This document shows positions 1 to 14,600 of a DNA stretch of 64,000 bases, piece after piece. Every line of letters starts with the position of its first letter. Positions within the stretch are counted from its first letter, which is position 1. Origin of the DNA: Bugula neritina (Eukaryota > Animalia > Bryozoa); the NCBI GenBank assembly GCA_964035545.1, contig OZ037770.1:7694973-7758972 (forward strand), in the 5' to 3' direction. The position numbers were made by a program, and so were the translations under genes. The notes below the pieces were generated by a model that saw nothing but the letters and a program-made list of their open reading frames with translations, had not been told where the DNA came from and made no database searches.

Positions 1-387
1 TTGACTACTCGCACAGCTCCCAGTTATCAGCAAGGTAAACTCTATCCACTTGTAGGCTGTAGCTAAGCTGAGTATACACTAAGCTATGTAGTTATGGGAG
101 GAGCTATATTATATTTCATGACCTTTGCCTACTGTGGTGTAATCCAATTTCAAACTACGATACAAAGTTACAATGAGATGACTAAAAACTTTTATTTATT
201 GGCTGAAAGAAAACAGCCAGCAAGGCTTTATAGTTATAATCTTTAATGTAAAACTTGAAATCAAAACGTATCATTTAATTAGAGTCGCTTCATAAGACTT
301 TAAAAAGGAGAAAAGGACATTTAAGTCTTGTGGGAAGATAAAAGTGATAAATAAACTCTATTTCAACAATTTATAATTAAAATACAA

Positions 388-389
<2 letters not shown>

Positions 390-439
<50 letters not shown>
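390..439. repeat. (GA)n microsatellite
   Basis: About 25 GA units read directly. Confidence 0.95.
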
Positions 440-441
<2 letters not shown>

Positions 442-454
442 TATTTAGAATAAA

Positions 455-570
455 TCAAAAAGAAACTGCTCAGACAATGTCAAAGTCAAGCTGCTCAAAG
501 AATGTCAAAAAGAAACTGCTCGAAGAAGGTCAAAGATAAACTGCTCAAAGAAGGTCAAAGTGAAACTACA
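455..570. repeat. 25-bp degenerate tandem repeat (~4.5 copies)
   Basis: Units resemble caaaaagaaactgctcgaagaaggt; lies just upstream of the acceptor at 596-597. Confidence 0.75.
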
Positions 571-597
571 CAATTACCCATGATAAGTGTTTTCCAG

Positions 598-3150
598 GTG
601 TAAGTGCAGGCAAGGAAGTAGGGTATGCAGACTCAAATGAAGCAATGAAAGAGCTGGAGGAAGAACTGGCCAACCTCATGAGCAAACACGAAAAGAAATT
701 TACTGAGAAAGTGAGTTGAAACATCGCAACCTTGTATAAAATATTTATATATAAGATATATTTGAAAATATTTACATAAGCTTAATATTATAAATAGTGT
801 TTTTGTTTCTAGAATACTTCTGTGCTGTGTGTTTGCATATAAAATAACTACTATTTTCTAAGCAAATATCATGAGAGGCATATAGGCCTAGCTATGTCGC
901 AGTGGGTCTGGCTTTCTATGCATTTTTGGAAGGATTAGATTTATCACAGCAGAAGGCTTTACTTAACAATTAGATGTATAAATAATGTTCAAACCATTTA
1001 GCAAACATCTGATGGGCTCTATCCTCTTATCCTCATGCTAAAGCACAGTTATGTGGCACTTTACATTGTAATATGTAAATATGCTGTATCATCTACTTTT
1101 CATTATGATCTACAGAAGCTGTGTATTAAAAATACTTTTAAACTATTCTGCCTCATTTTAGAGCATTCTGTAACTTAATTCAACCAATATTGGTTTCAAC
1201 ATCATTTGATTTCACATTCAACAAGCTAGGAAACAAATATTGAATAACTAGAATATTTTTTAAAGCAGTGAAACTGAGAAATAATTAGTAATGAATGCTT
1301 TTAAAAACTTTAGTGTTCGCTTAGATATTCATGAGTATCAGTAGGAGTTGCATGTTTTACTAAATTCTAATGTTACATGAACAGTTTCTGCTGCTTGTTT
1401 TACAGTGAATTTAAAATATTCTGCATTATACTGTTTTAGGAAAAATCAAGTTCAAAAGAAGATTTTAAACAATTCAATCTTTTAAAAGTGGTAAAAGGCT
1501 TGGATCATCCTCTTTGTGCAAAATGCTCTGGTGAAAAAGATCTTAGAAGACTTCCTAAATGTAACCATCTACTCTGTGGAGAATGCATTGGTAAACGGCT
1601 TTTATTGCAAACCGTAATGTAGTAACACATTACTTACTTATAAGTAAAAATTGTGAGTTTTTTAAAAGCAACCTATAAATAAATATATCCTTACAAACTA
1701 GAATGCAGCAAGGTGCCTCTGGCCTATATTGAAATGTTTTATTAGATGCTGGAAATAAACAAAATTTTAAAAGATTAAGAGGTGTTTAATGTTTCTTCAT
1801 GTACATTTCAGACTTTCAGTCTGGATGCAATTTTAAAAATACATCAGAAAGTCCTTTTAAGTCTAAGTTTTCATTTATTTGAAACATTTGTGAATTCCAC
1901 CATTTTTGCATGCTGGAGCAGCCCAATACTAACTTTTCACTTCTTGTGTTACAGAAACAATATTTCTGTTCACATCATCATACCTATTTGTATCGTAGAA
2001 GACTTGCTGCGAGATGCTACATCCTTTGACTGCCCTGCAGAGGATTGTGATGCCCTGTGTACAGGAGTTGGGTCCTCTTTTCCAGTTGCAACTGAGGCAA
2101 TGAATAAACTAAAGGCTCTAGACGCAAAAAGAGGTGAACTTTTTTATTTCTGAGACTTTAATGTGGAGAAGCTGGTGCTTCTCTATAGAGTTTAGCCAAC
2201 ATAATGAGATCTGATTCCAACTTACTCGAAAATATAGTTGGCCATAAGAGCAAGAAATTAGTCAAAAATAGGTAATGCCCGCAGAGCTAATTCAGGGAAT
2301 ATTTTGCTTTCTGGTGTAATAGAAACTATATACATCACTCTCTGGTGCATAAATCTCCTACTAAAAAATTTTTAGCCAGTCTAGAAGTTTTTAACGTAAT
2401 ATACACTGATCAGTATTTCAATATTCACTTGTTATTTTATTTGCATTGATGAAATGAAGTGGGTAATGTCAATCAACTAAGAACATACAAACAGCATCAA
2501 ACACAGTCGGGCTATCTGTAGCGGTTAAACACTTTTTTTACTATAACTGCTTTCATTATTTCTATAAATAGATTGGTACTGATGTCTTTAGTTATCTGTA
2601 CTTGTGATATTATGATTCTTATTGAACATCCTGTCTTATAATTACACAGCCTCAATGCGAGTGACAGGTGGATATACAGAAATGGAGGATCATATGAAGC
2701 AATGCACCTATGATATTCATGCTGCTCTTGAAAGTTGTGCCAAAAGAATCAGTGGCTTGAAGGTGGTTACAAGTATTAAATAACTTTAGCATTAACACAT
2801 AACACCTGAATGCAAACTTTACCATGGTTCCTTAGGTAGTATTATACCTAGCAGTACACTGCTCTGTGTAGAAAAAATTATCACTTTTCTAATAAAAATG
2901 TTCTCTTTTTGTTCAGGGAGCGAAAGAAAGGCAAGAACAATTCCAAAGATTGCAAACCTTGGCTAATGAAACCAACCAGTTCTTTAAATCAGTCATGACA
3001 GCAATTAAAGAGCAAGCATTGTGGGTTTGGTACAAACTAGAAAATATTTTTGAAGCTTTCAAAGGTTGGCTTGACTGGGGCTTCCAATGGTTGGGTAGTT
3101 GGGCAGCGGCTGTATTCAAGGGTTTTCAATGGAGCTTGAGTTTTTTTTAA
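598..3150 (+). CDS. RING-finger (C3HC4-like) protein with Trp-rich C-terminal tail; probably 5'-incomplete
   Basis: Exons 598-710, 1440-1590, 1999-2133, 2650-2762, 2917-3150 join in frame through GT-AG sites: ...HPLCAKCSGEKDLRRLPKCNHLLCGECIEDLLRDATSFDCPAEDC... (C-x2-C, C-x-H-x2-C-x2-C, C-P-x3-C), then helical segments and ...WLDWGFQWLGSWAAAVFKGFQWSLSFF*. Confidence 0.75.
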
Positions 3151-6100
3151 AAGATGCGTTTCCTTGTGGTTTTCAAAGATGGCCTATAGAAAGTAACCAA
3201 CACATCTTGTTGTTTATAGTAACAATTATTAAACTTGCACAAAATAAATCTTCACCACACTACAATCATAACACTACTGATGAAATGAGTAACTTGAACA
3301 TATTATTATAAAACAGAGCTTTGTCAAAGTTAAGTCAAAACAAGTTCTGGTCAGGATAAAAGAAAAATCGAGTCAATGAATAGCATGAGGTGCAGTAGCT
3401 CAAGTCAATTTGAGTTGACTCACGAGATGGTGTCAAGTCAATATAGTATATAATTATTATAGTGAGCATTAGAAATATCATCAACATTGGATAGACAGCT
3501 TATACATGCATTCAGGGCATCAAGTATTCAATTCAAAGTTTTTGATTCAGATTGATAAAAACTCCAACATGATAAATAAAACAATACTTAAATACTGATG
3601 TTGTTCTTTTGATAAATACTCTGACTCATTTCTTATATCCTGTGGAAAAACTGATGGTGGATATTTCTCTTGCATGCTTCTGGTGAGGAAAGAGAAATAT
3701 TAAATATTACCCCTTTGGAACTTACAACGCAGGATATTTTGTATTATTCACAGTCAAATAAATATGCGTAATGATAACGTAGCAAAAGTCTGCGAAGTAA
3801 TTAAAAAAGTTTTCTAATAATTTTCTCTCTATAATTTGATATCTTTCATGTGAGCCATATGTTATGTATCCACACGGACATATATAATATAATTATAACA
3901 TTATGATATTTGAGATTGCTTTTACTGTTTAAGTTGTGAAGGCATTTTTGCTATAAATATCTACATGCATCAGTAATTTGCTAAATTTAAAAGTCTATAT
4001 AATGTAAGTATTGTATTTTCTCAACAAAATTAATGTTAGTGCTTTATACTTACATATCTTTCACCAGTGCTAAATTTGCAGTTCTGATGATACTAGTACT
4101 GTTTGCGATTTGATTATAAAGAAATTTCTGTTATCAATGCCAAGTTGTAACTTTTATTAATAAAATAATATGTTGGAAGATGATTCATCATATTATATAC
4201 TTGTGTATATAATATAATATTATAATATCAGCTTAAATGAACTTGTCGCAGTTTTTGGGAGTTGTTGCCACACTTTGCAGTGTTTTTGTGTTATCCTTCC
4301 AAGCAGTAAACCTCTAGTTACTTGAAGTGGGACTCGAAATGATCCCAATGATTACACACTTTAGTTGCAATGAATATAGATATTGCCAGCTGCTACTCCC
4401 TGCACAACTTCAATAACATCTGTAGTATTGGTGAAGTAGCTGTAAACTGCATGTTTAAAACACATTAAATAAAAGTGCAGCAAAGCTGTGCTACACAAAT
4501 TTAAATTATGTTTTCTGAAAACAAGTTATAAAAATAACTTGAATTAAAAAATTCCTATTGCTCAAAATAATGCTACTCTTCTGGAGTAAATTTTGAAGTT
4601 ATATTTTTGAAAAGATCCAAACTAAATGGGTAAAATTTGTCAGCGGATTGGGAGCAATGCAATTCATTGTGTTAGGTAGACTCTATGGGCTGCAGACCTG
4701 CAGGTGTTTTGTCTGCTGCATCCGGAGGAATTGATCTTTCTTTAACAGAGTTTACTCTGTGTGATTGTGTCCTAAGTCCTGCAAGAATTACTTAAATGTT
4801 GTCAACAGCTGCTAGATCAAGTAATAGAAGTTGCCTCCTCATTGCCAGTTACTCGCTCTTATATAGAATATACATAGAAGGTGCAGTATAGTATAGTATA
4901 GTATGTCAAAACCTTTTATGCTTTTAATTAGTATAATTAGTAAAACTGAATCTATACTGGGCAAAATAAACAACATTAAATCTTCTCAACTTTCTGGAAT
5001 ATAAAAACATAACACAGCCAACTGTAATTTATTGAAGAAAACTTTTGGTGTTTTGAAAGTTAACAGAGGTCTAGGATCATTAATTACATAAAATTCCGAT
5101 CTTCTAAACTGACTGCAGGGATCGGCTTTCCTTATTGTCAACCACAAATATTCTATGTCATATTAATGAGTAAAAACAACTTTAAAGAATAAAAACAACT
5201 TCAAAAGGTATTAGGTTTTCACAACTGACATAAACACTTGCACTTTGGAGGAAACTATAGTAGCCATTATTAAGGGTTTGTTGAGTGATTCCCAGTGTAC
5301 TGAGTTACACTTATATCTGAGTCACTGTAACAGAGAAATTATATGCCAGAATAAATCAACAGTCAATGAGTACGGAGACAACCATATTCTCTGAGAGAGG
5401 TTGAATTAGTTCTAGGAGAAAACAAGTACCAGTTTGATTAGCACTTATTGGAAAGTATATAACTTTGTTCAATAACAATCTCTAGCATATAATATGTATG
5501 AATAATAAACAGCATAAACATGAACTTTCATGCTGCAAAAAGTTAATTTGTAGTAAGTTTAAATTAATGTCTATGAAATCTATTGCTATTATATAGTTTA
5601 GCAACTACAAAACATTAGCAATTTGTGACTGTTAAATATCTGCCCACCCCCCACCATGAATCAAACCGCAGACGTTCAACTTGCTAGCTAGTAGCTAACC
5701 ATTACACTCAACACCACAGCAGTAGCTATTTCAGCTGGTTTGGTATAACACCAAGTTTCAGTTGTAATCTTGGGTGCATGTCCCTGTTAAGGCGAAAAGT
5801 TGTCATTCTGCATGATTTTGACTGTAGGTATTTCAACTACAACTTGATAGTTTGCTATATATGTACAGTAGGCCCTATATAGATTTATATATTATGCATG
5901 TGCCTGGGGAGTGCTAAAAAGCACAGAACTATAATTAGTTATAGCACAATAAATGTGAAAGCAACATCCAGAAATTGCTTTTCTCTTAATTATATAACTG
6001 CTCATTATTATACCTATGAAAAATTGAGCACTCTCTTATCTGCTGTTCAACAAACTCACGCTGCAAATAATATCTATATATATATATATATATATATATA

Positions 6101-6175
6101 CCCTATATATATACCCTATACATATATACCCTATATATATATATATATAAATAAATATATATATATATATATATT

Positions 6176-6237
<62 letters not shown>

Positions 6238-6260
6238 TATATGTATAGGGTATATATATA

Positions 6261-6439
6261 GGCTCGTGACTCCTAGGTGACCCCTAGAGTCACTTGAGCT
6301 CTCTGGCTTGAGTTTACACACCTTTTAAATATGCTTTAGTAGAAACATAAGTTTTTACTATTGTGAAGGTGTGGGCCATGGTACTCTGTTCTGTGCTGAT
6401 GAGGGAACAAACCCCGAAACAGCCGCTGTCCACAGATTG

Positions 6440-6443
<4 letters not shown>
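6261..6443 (+). mobile_element. 5'-truncated copy of hammerhead-ribozyme repeat (retrozyme / Penelope-like)
   Basis: Near-identical to the reverse complement of 8675-8857; ends in a hammerhead followed by attgagg(ta)n. Confidence 0.8.
6391..6435 (+). ncRNA. Type I hammerhead ribozyme
   Basis: ctgtg-CTGATGA-ggga-acaaa-cccc-GAAA-cagccgctg-TC-cacag: stem I ctgtg/cacag, complete core, GUC cleavage triplet; stem II has one mismatch. Confidence 0.85.
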
Positions 6444-6504
<61 letters not shown>

Positions 6505-8484
6505 CTACATATACCCTACATATACCCTATATATACCCTATATATACCCTATATATACCCTATATATACCCTATATATATATATATACCCTACATATACC
6601 CTATATATACCCTACATATACCCTATATATACCCTATATATACCCTATATATATGTTGTACTTATTCAGAAGGTTGAGCAGGAATTCCTTCATCACCCAT
6701 TTGTGGTCCACCATTATACTACTATACTGGTTCCACTAAGACTGATAATAGCATACAATGTAATCATAGCTTTCCTTGAGAGAATGGGGTTTTTATGGAA
6801 ATTTTACAAACATGCAGCTGGTTTAGAAATTTAAAAAATGATGAACGTAGGAGAATGCACCTGCAAGAAACTGGCCATCAATCATGATTACTTTGATATT
6901 GTTAGGGGCGGCCAACCTTAAAATTCCAAATGCTTACCACAGCTCTGGTCTGATGGTACTAATTTAGAATAGTATGCATGTGATTATAGTAGTGGTCTAG
7001 TCACCCACACCTGTCACAAACAAGAAATTAATCAACAACTACCCCTTCTATAAAATAAGCTGGTATCATTTTAAGATGCCAAATAAGTTAATATAGTCTT
7101 AATCAAATGGTAACAAATATGTTAATAACACTAGTTTACTTCATCAAAACCCAATCCTATATGCAATTTATTACTATAAAATTATAACATATAATTTCAA
7201 TGCATGAGCAGAGGTGATATAACAATAATAAATGTAGTATATTTCACTGAAGGTCATTAAATAATAATAATCACATTATAATAACTTTACTTATGGCAGT
7301 AGAATTCTGCATATGAATCTAATTTGATAATTTATAATAAAATACTGTAATTAAAAGATGTGACATTTTCCTCATTTCTGCTCATTCCATTGGATCAGGT
7401 GCAAGGCAAAGATTGTCCCGCTAGTTGTATGGTTATTATCCAATAAATAAGTAGACATTTTCACCTTTTAGACATGACAGCAAAAATTTTGAGATAAAAT
7501 TTTAATGATATACAAATTTATGTGGAACGAAAGACCAAAAATCTAACTTTACCCAGCCTGAACCCAGGTGAACTCTAAAACTAAGTTACAAAGTTAAATG
7601 TTATTGAAGTTATTGTCAGTTACAAAGTTAAATGATGTTAAATGATGGTTACATAGTGACTATAATTGCCTGATAGTTGAAGAGCATAGGCTTGTGTACA
7701 AAAAATTAGCCTTGATGCGATTATAACCAAAGTGTTTCAAAAACACACAATTTTATTGTACCTATGAAATAGTATCTAATAATATATTTTAACATTATAA
7801 CTGCAGAATAGGTGGAAAGATTTTGAATACAAAACATCAGATATCTTCAGTTAGTTGTCAGCTATCGTATCTGTTCTAGCTCACACATGATTATGTAGCA
7901 AATGCTGTATATCAGAATGATTTTAGGTTATATTGGCTATAAATAATTTAAGTGTGTTATATTATTCTATATATTACACATGTTCATTTGTATGACTACT
8001 ATATAATCTATACTATAATATATGCATTTTAAATGTGAACCTTACTGCATGGTCTGAGTTATGGTGTCATTCCAGATAGACGCTTCTCAGTTAGAAGCTG
8101 GGCTAAAATTTTCATTTAGACGTTTCCCACATGAAGGCTTCCTAGTTTTTATTTTGGTAGCCTACATTATACATATTTTATGCGAAACTTATTTGAATAT
8201 TGTTAGAATAATATATGTATATTTAAATAAATTTTGATTATTAGATTTCCTTCAATCATGGATTGATTTCTTTGATATGCATTAACTTATTAATTTTACA
8301 TTTTCTATACTTTTTGTTGCTTATAAAAATATTTCATTAATAAGCATTCATTACTTTATTACTGTTTTTGTCCCACACAAATTCATGAAAAATTGGAATA
8401 TTATTCCAGATAATTCATATTACCTATTATATTTTATGTTTAGCCATCAATACAACAGTTATACATATACACACATACATAAGT

Positions 8485-9356
<872 letters not shown>

Positions 9357-9363
9357 ACTATGT

Positions 9364-9542
9364 GGGAGCAGCCGTGGTCTAGGGGTTAAAGCGTTTGCTT
9401 TGTATAAACGAAGTCATGGGTTCGAACCCGGACAAAGGCCATTGGTGATGTTAGGAAGAACTTAGCCTATTAGCCTATTCTAACAAAAACCCTTTTGATC
9501 AGGGGTTTCTCACATGGATAGCGGCTATAAACTTGCGCGAGT
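9364..9542 (+). mobile_element. tRNA-derived SINE (internally deleted copy)
   Basis: Head gggagcagccgtggtctaggggttaaagcg...gggttcgaaccc (A and B boxes); tail ggatagcggctataaacttgcg shared with three other copies. Confidence 0.8.
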
Positions 9543-10186
9543 TTTTTATGTATACTACTATGTACATTGTACAAAAATTAAAAAATATCGTCCAACTGGG
9601 AAACGTCTATTTGGGATGAAACCTGAGTTATATCCTAGAGACCTGGTTAGCAGGGTGGCATCATCAATAAACTGCTCAACACAAACTAACTTCCATTCTC
9701 CCAGAATATAACTTTACATGAGCTGTAAGGAATGATATAATGTGCTTTCAAGAGTGTGGGTGGGTGTGTCATATATATAGTAGTTTTATTAATAGCTAGC
9801 CTTAAGTATATGGCATGGCATGATGAATATAACCACCACAGAGCACCTTACTAGCATTGTCAACTGCATGGCATCCAACTATGGCAGATGAAACCAGTTG
9901 TTGATCCATTCTAAGGCAGAGCCCTAACTCTTCCCTCAGAAGCTCTAAAATTATCTCCATGCAGCTACACCTCATGACTTCAAATACACTGCACTTACTC
10001 ACATTAATTTTGAACGATAATAATCTAAATATGTGATATGCAGAAAGGATATAAACTTATAATCAAGAATTACAGCTGTTTTATAATGAATAAAATTGAA
10101 AAATGCTATAAATATATTTTACATGTAATAACATATCTAAGTGCACTTGATGTACATTCATAGAATTGTATGTTTCCTGTAATACA

Positions 10187-10310
10187 GGTGTCATTCTAGA
10201 GAGACACTTCCCAGTAAGAGACTAAGCTTTGTACATGGAGCTATTTATTTATTTTGATACAGTAGATGCATTTTATGTGGTTGTTTGGAGTTTCTATTTA
10301 GGATGAAACC
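10187..10310. mobile_element. 124-bp MITE of the Mutator-like family
   Basis: ggtgtcattctaga...taggatgaaacc with 8-bp TSD gtaataca on both sides. Confidence 0.7.
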
Positions 10311-11617
10311 GTAATACAGACATTGAAAATTCACATTATTTGTAAAATTGATATTTTTGTCCCTAATCTCTCTATAACAGCTAAATGGTGACACATGCAG
10401 TAATAAGTTGTTAATTTGCTTAGTATTGTATCAAGCTGTATTTAATATTTGACTTTATTTGAACCAAGATGTTATACGTATATACACTATGTTGTCTTTT
10501 CCCAATAACCCAGGTTGAAGGACAGCCTGCTGCATATATGTCTGAATTTTGATCAGTGCAGCTGAACCTAAATGTGCACAATACTGTTGGACATTCAAAG
10601 TTTAGCCAAAAAGTTCAAGTGAAATTTATTTTTGGAGTTTTTCCCAAAGTATTAAGATGCAGAATAACATGTAAGCCGAGTAATAGTTCAACCTGCACAG
10701 GCATGTGCTGTCATACAAATTGAGTGCTCAGTGTATGTGTATATTGCATGCTGCTCACAGGTAATGTCCTTGTGGTGAGCTACAAACATGTGGCAACATA
10801 TTATTACGTAGCCTGCTGTCTGCCGTAGAAATGTTGTTGTGCTCAGGGACACTTCCAAGTGAAGAAGAGATCGAGGTATTTATGTTCCTGCATCACATGC
10901 AATCATACTGATCAGTGTTATCACGGTAAACTGTTAAGAGTTATCTTCTTTTTAAAACTTGATTGCAACTAGTACATGTAGCTGCCTGTGAATAGTATAT
11001 TTATACACATTTTCAAGGTTATCACGGTTTTATAATTGAAACTTTCTTGTACTGAATTGGAATTAACAAAAAGTGTTTGAGTAACTCATTTCAAAGTTCA
11101 CATATGCTGTTACAGATGTATGCATTTAGACATGGAGCGGCTATGGAGATAGGTTTGGGCTACCATTTAGCAAATGTTGTTACTGTGACTGCCTCCTTCA
11201 GTTTGCCTCTCACTGCGGGAGCTCAGTGACTCGCACATGTAGCTGCTATACACTATTGACTATACAGTACACATTATTGTTATTACGTGAGCACAGCTAC
11301 AACTCCCGATTACGACATATCTTTGTACTCAGTACAGCGTGACTAGCATAATAATACAGTAGTCTGTTCAACAGACGGCAGGCATGTTGATTGGACAAAT
11401 GCCAAATAGCGCTGATTGGACAGTTCTATAGACTTATAACTAATAATGCGCTAAACTATCGGCTGGTATTTATAACCGTTAGATGTTCAGCCGTTAATTA
11501 CTATTATAGCCGACCAGAACATTATTTGACCTATTTGACCGCCGCATGACATATTCTGTGTTACACCACTCCATCAGTATAATTATCCGATAGCGAGATA
11601 GCAGGTGTGACGCGTTT

Positions 11618-14600
11618 ATGTTCTACTCTCAACTAAGCACTTACAACGTCAGTATTCATCCAGACATGGATGAATTTCGCGGTAAAAAGTTAGAAAAGAT
11701 GTTATTGAGCTATCAGCAATTAGCAATGAATTCCTTGCGAGGACCTGCCGGCACCTGGAGAGAACCGACAAAGCCTCCAAGCAGTACTAATGGCCACAGT
11801 TTTGGAACATTAGCCGGAAATCAAATGAGTAAGTTACTTGCTGTACCTATACCAAGAAAGATAGGAAGGGAGCTGCCCTTTGATTACAAGCTTCAACCAC
11901 AAGCCAACTTTCCAATCATTCCTCCAAGCCCTTCGTATTTTCTTCAACCAGACGTCGAATCTGAGACTGGAAAACTCATCTATTGCGAACTGGAAGATGC
12001 ACATATTGCAGGGTTTGTAATTGGAGGAGAAGAAAGGCTATGTCTACCTCCCATTCTTCACACAATATTGAAGGAAATTGATCTGGCAGTTATCAATGAG
12101 GCATGCGACTCATTGCAGATCCATTGCTCTAGGTGTACAACCCACCAACTAAGAGTCTTGAAACACGACAAAATCCTACCACCTCACATTTCGTCTGCTG
12201 GATTAATACGTAAAACAGATGCCGAGAGACTTTGTACTCTACTGCTTCACAACCACAAGCTCGCCCCCATCACCAATCCTGATCTGCGAGTGTATCCACA
12301 GTTGACCACTACTTGCCTTCCAGTTTATCACGAATGCTTTGGCGAAGGCCATGGCTTCCTACACACAGAAATGTACAACAGTCCTTACGCCCGCTGCATA
12401 TCCTGTGCAGACTGTGAAAAGCTCTTCAGTCCTGAAAGATTTGTTACCCATACTCACTTTAACCAAGAGAACAAAATCTGTCACTGGGGCTTCAACCGCC
12501 GAAACTGGAGGAATTATCTGCTCCTCTCCGAAGACGAGATCTGCGATGACGATATGGTCAGAATGACTGAAGCCTTTGAGAAAATTTTGGATAAATTTCG
12601 GAACACCAACAACTCTCGTAAAAGAAAGGTATGTTATTGTTTTGGTGAAGTATCACTGTGACTGTCTGTAATTTAATTTAATGTTAATTTACTTGTGCTT
12701 TATAATGATGGAAGAGTCCCACATATATGACTAATAGTGATACATTCTCTTCATTTATGATGAGGAAAAGAAGGCTTGAATTTATCTCTTTGAGTTTCTT
12801 TGCACCAAAGTCAAGCCAGCATGCAATATCTAAACTTTGATACAAAGTTTTCCTGTTTAATAAGTCAATATGAATATACATTATCAATTTTCATATTCCG
12901 TTACACTCTGAATGTTACAGACTCAGACTAAGATGTTATAACCAGCTGGTGTAATCACTATTATAATTATGTAGTATTAGTATTACAGTCTAACTCTAAT
13001 ATTGGCAACCAATTGCCTAGCTCATTTATACTATTAGTGTTATGCAAGTCATGTTGGTTTAGGATTGTGCGATATTAAAATTCTTATCTGCATTGAAAAT
13101 TGGGATTTTCATCAGCTTCAACCTTAGTTATGCTTGTGGCTATAATTATGTGCAACATTTGACAATTTCAACTTCCTTCATCTCTTGTCTCAATCACAAT
13201 GAGTCTGAATATGGTAATGGAAGCTAACCATACTGATTTTGTTGACTGAAAGTGTTAAGTATCCGGAGCTGCTAGAAAAAGCTGTCAATGCTCTGAAGAC
13301 ATGTTGCTAACCGTTGGTTCTCTCTTAGTAATATCGTTAGTACAGCATATGCAAAAGTATATCACTTGCTCCACAGTGCATACCACTTTCTTAGAAGCTC
13401 TCCTAACTAATATTCTGTAGAACCACACTTCGCTTGTTAGCAGCTATATTATATTTACCAACCATAACCTTAAACTATTGGCTGACATTTAGAATAAACT
13501 CCTCCATACTGAAAACTGAGTATTCCTGCTCCAAGGGTAGTAGTTACTGACAGAATTGTTTCAATTAGAATTTATCTGTAAAGTTATTGGTGCGACTAAA
13601 GTCTAGTTTTATTGTAATAATAAAGATGCCATATATCTGCATTATCTTGCCTAGTAAGACCCTTGTTAATTACTATTGGATATATAGTGGTTATATAATT
13701 ATTATTATGCACAGCTAGTTCAAGTATGCTGTCCTATCTATAGTATAGTACAGTTGCCATCCACTAAGACCAGATCTGTATAAATCGGGAGAACAAACTG
13801 TTTGTAGTACCTCTATCTTCAAGTAGATTTGGTTTTCTGAATATTATGGTAGATGACTGGCTCTGAATACCTCCAGTTTTGCATGTATAATTTGTTGGCC
13901 AACTTGCTTTAGAAGTCTATAATTTTAGGCTGACTGAATAATTTACTCTTTAGACTTTGAGTTGCTGTGAACAGCCAGTGGCTGGTTTTAGTGATGATAA
14001 CGTGGTAAGCTAATCTTATGATGTGGGTGTGTGACAAGAAAGATGGATTTTTTTGCTGTTGCGACATGTTTCTAATCAAAGGATGAGTCTAGCCCTGCGG
14101 TTGTTCAGCAGTGAATTGTTCAGCAGTTGGTTGTTCAGCAGTTGGTTGTTCAGCAGTTGGTTGTTCAGCAGTTGGTGTCTCCTTTGTCAGACATTATACC
14201 AGATTAGGTGGCTATCTCCTACAGTAAACCGCAGCCTTGACAACAGGATCTGTCGCAATACTAATTCTTATGCTAGGCTAGTTGATCAGGTCTAGCCGCA
14301 AACTATGTGCTTCTAATCCCACTGAATCAGTACCACCTGCTAGGAAAAGGAACAGTTTTCCATCACGTGATTCTTGCATCACCAATTTTTGGGATAAACA
14401 ACAGACTGGTTGATCCCACCCCACAGATGCGTATCGTTTTCTGTATGACTAATCGCGACTAGACTAGTCTGCATAGATTTTATACCCTGTGACCCGGAAT
14501 AGTAATGACTACATATTATCTGCAACCACAAGCGGCTAAACTGGTGAATAATGACTGCATTGTTCGAAACTAAATGCAATCTCCATGTAAATCTACTTAG

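Larger units (their letters stand above)
6070..6655. repeat. (TA)n / TACCCTA(TA)n compound microsatellite interrupted by a hammerhead-bearing repeat
   Basis: TA runs punctuated by accc, with inverted aggg variants at 6230-6260. Confidence 0.9.

Noticed and set aside
9364-9435. tRNA gene
   Set aside because: A and B boxes are present but the acceptor stem does not close, and it continues into a body shared by dispersed copies, so it is a SINE head.
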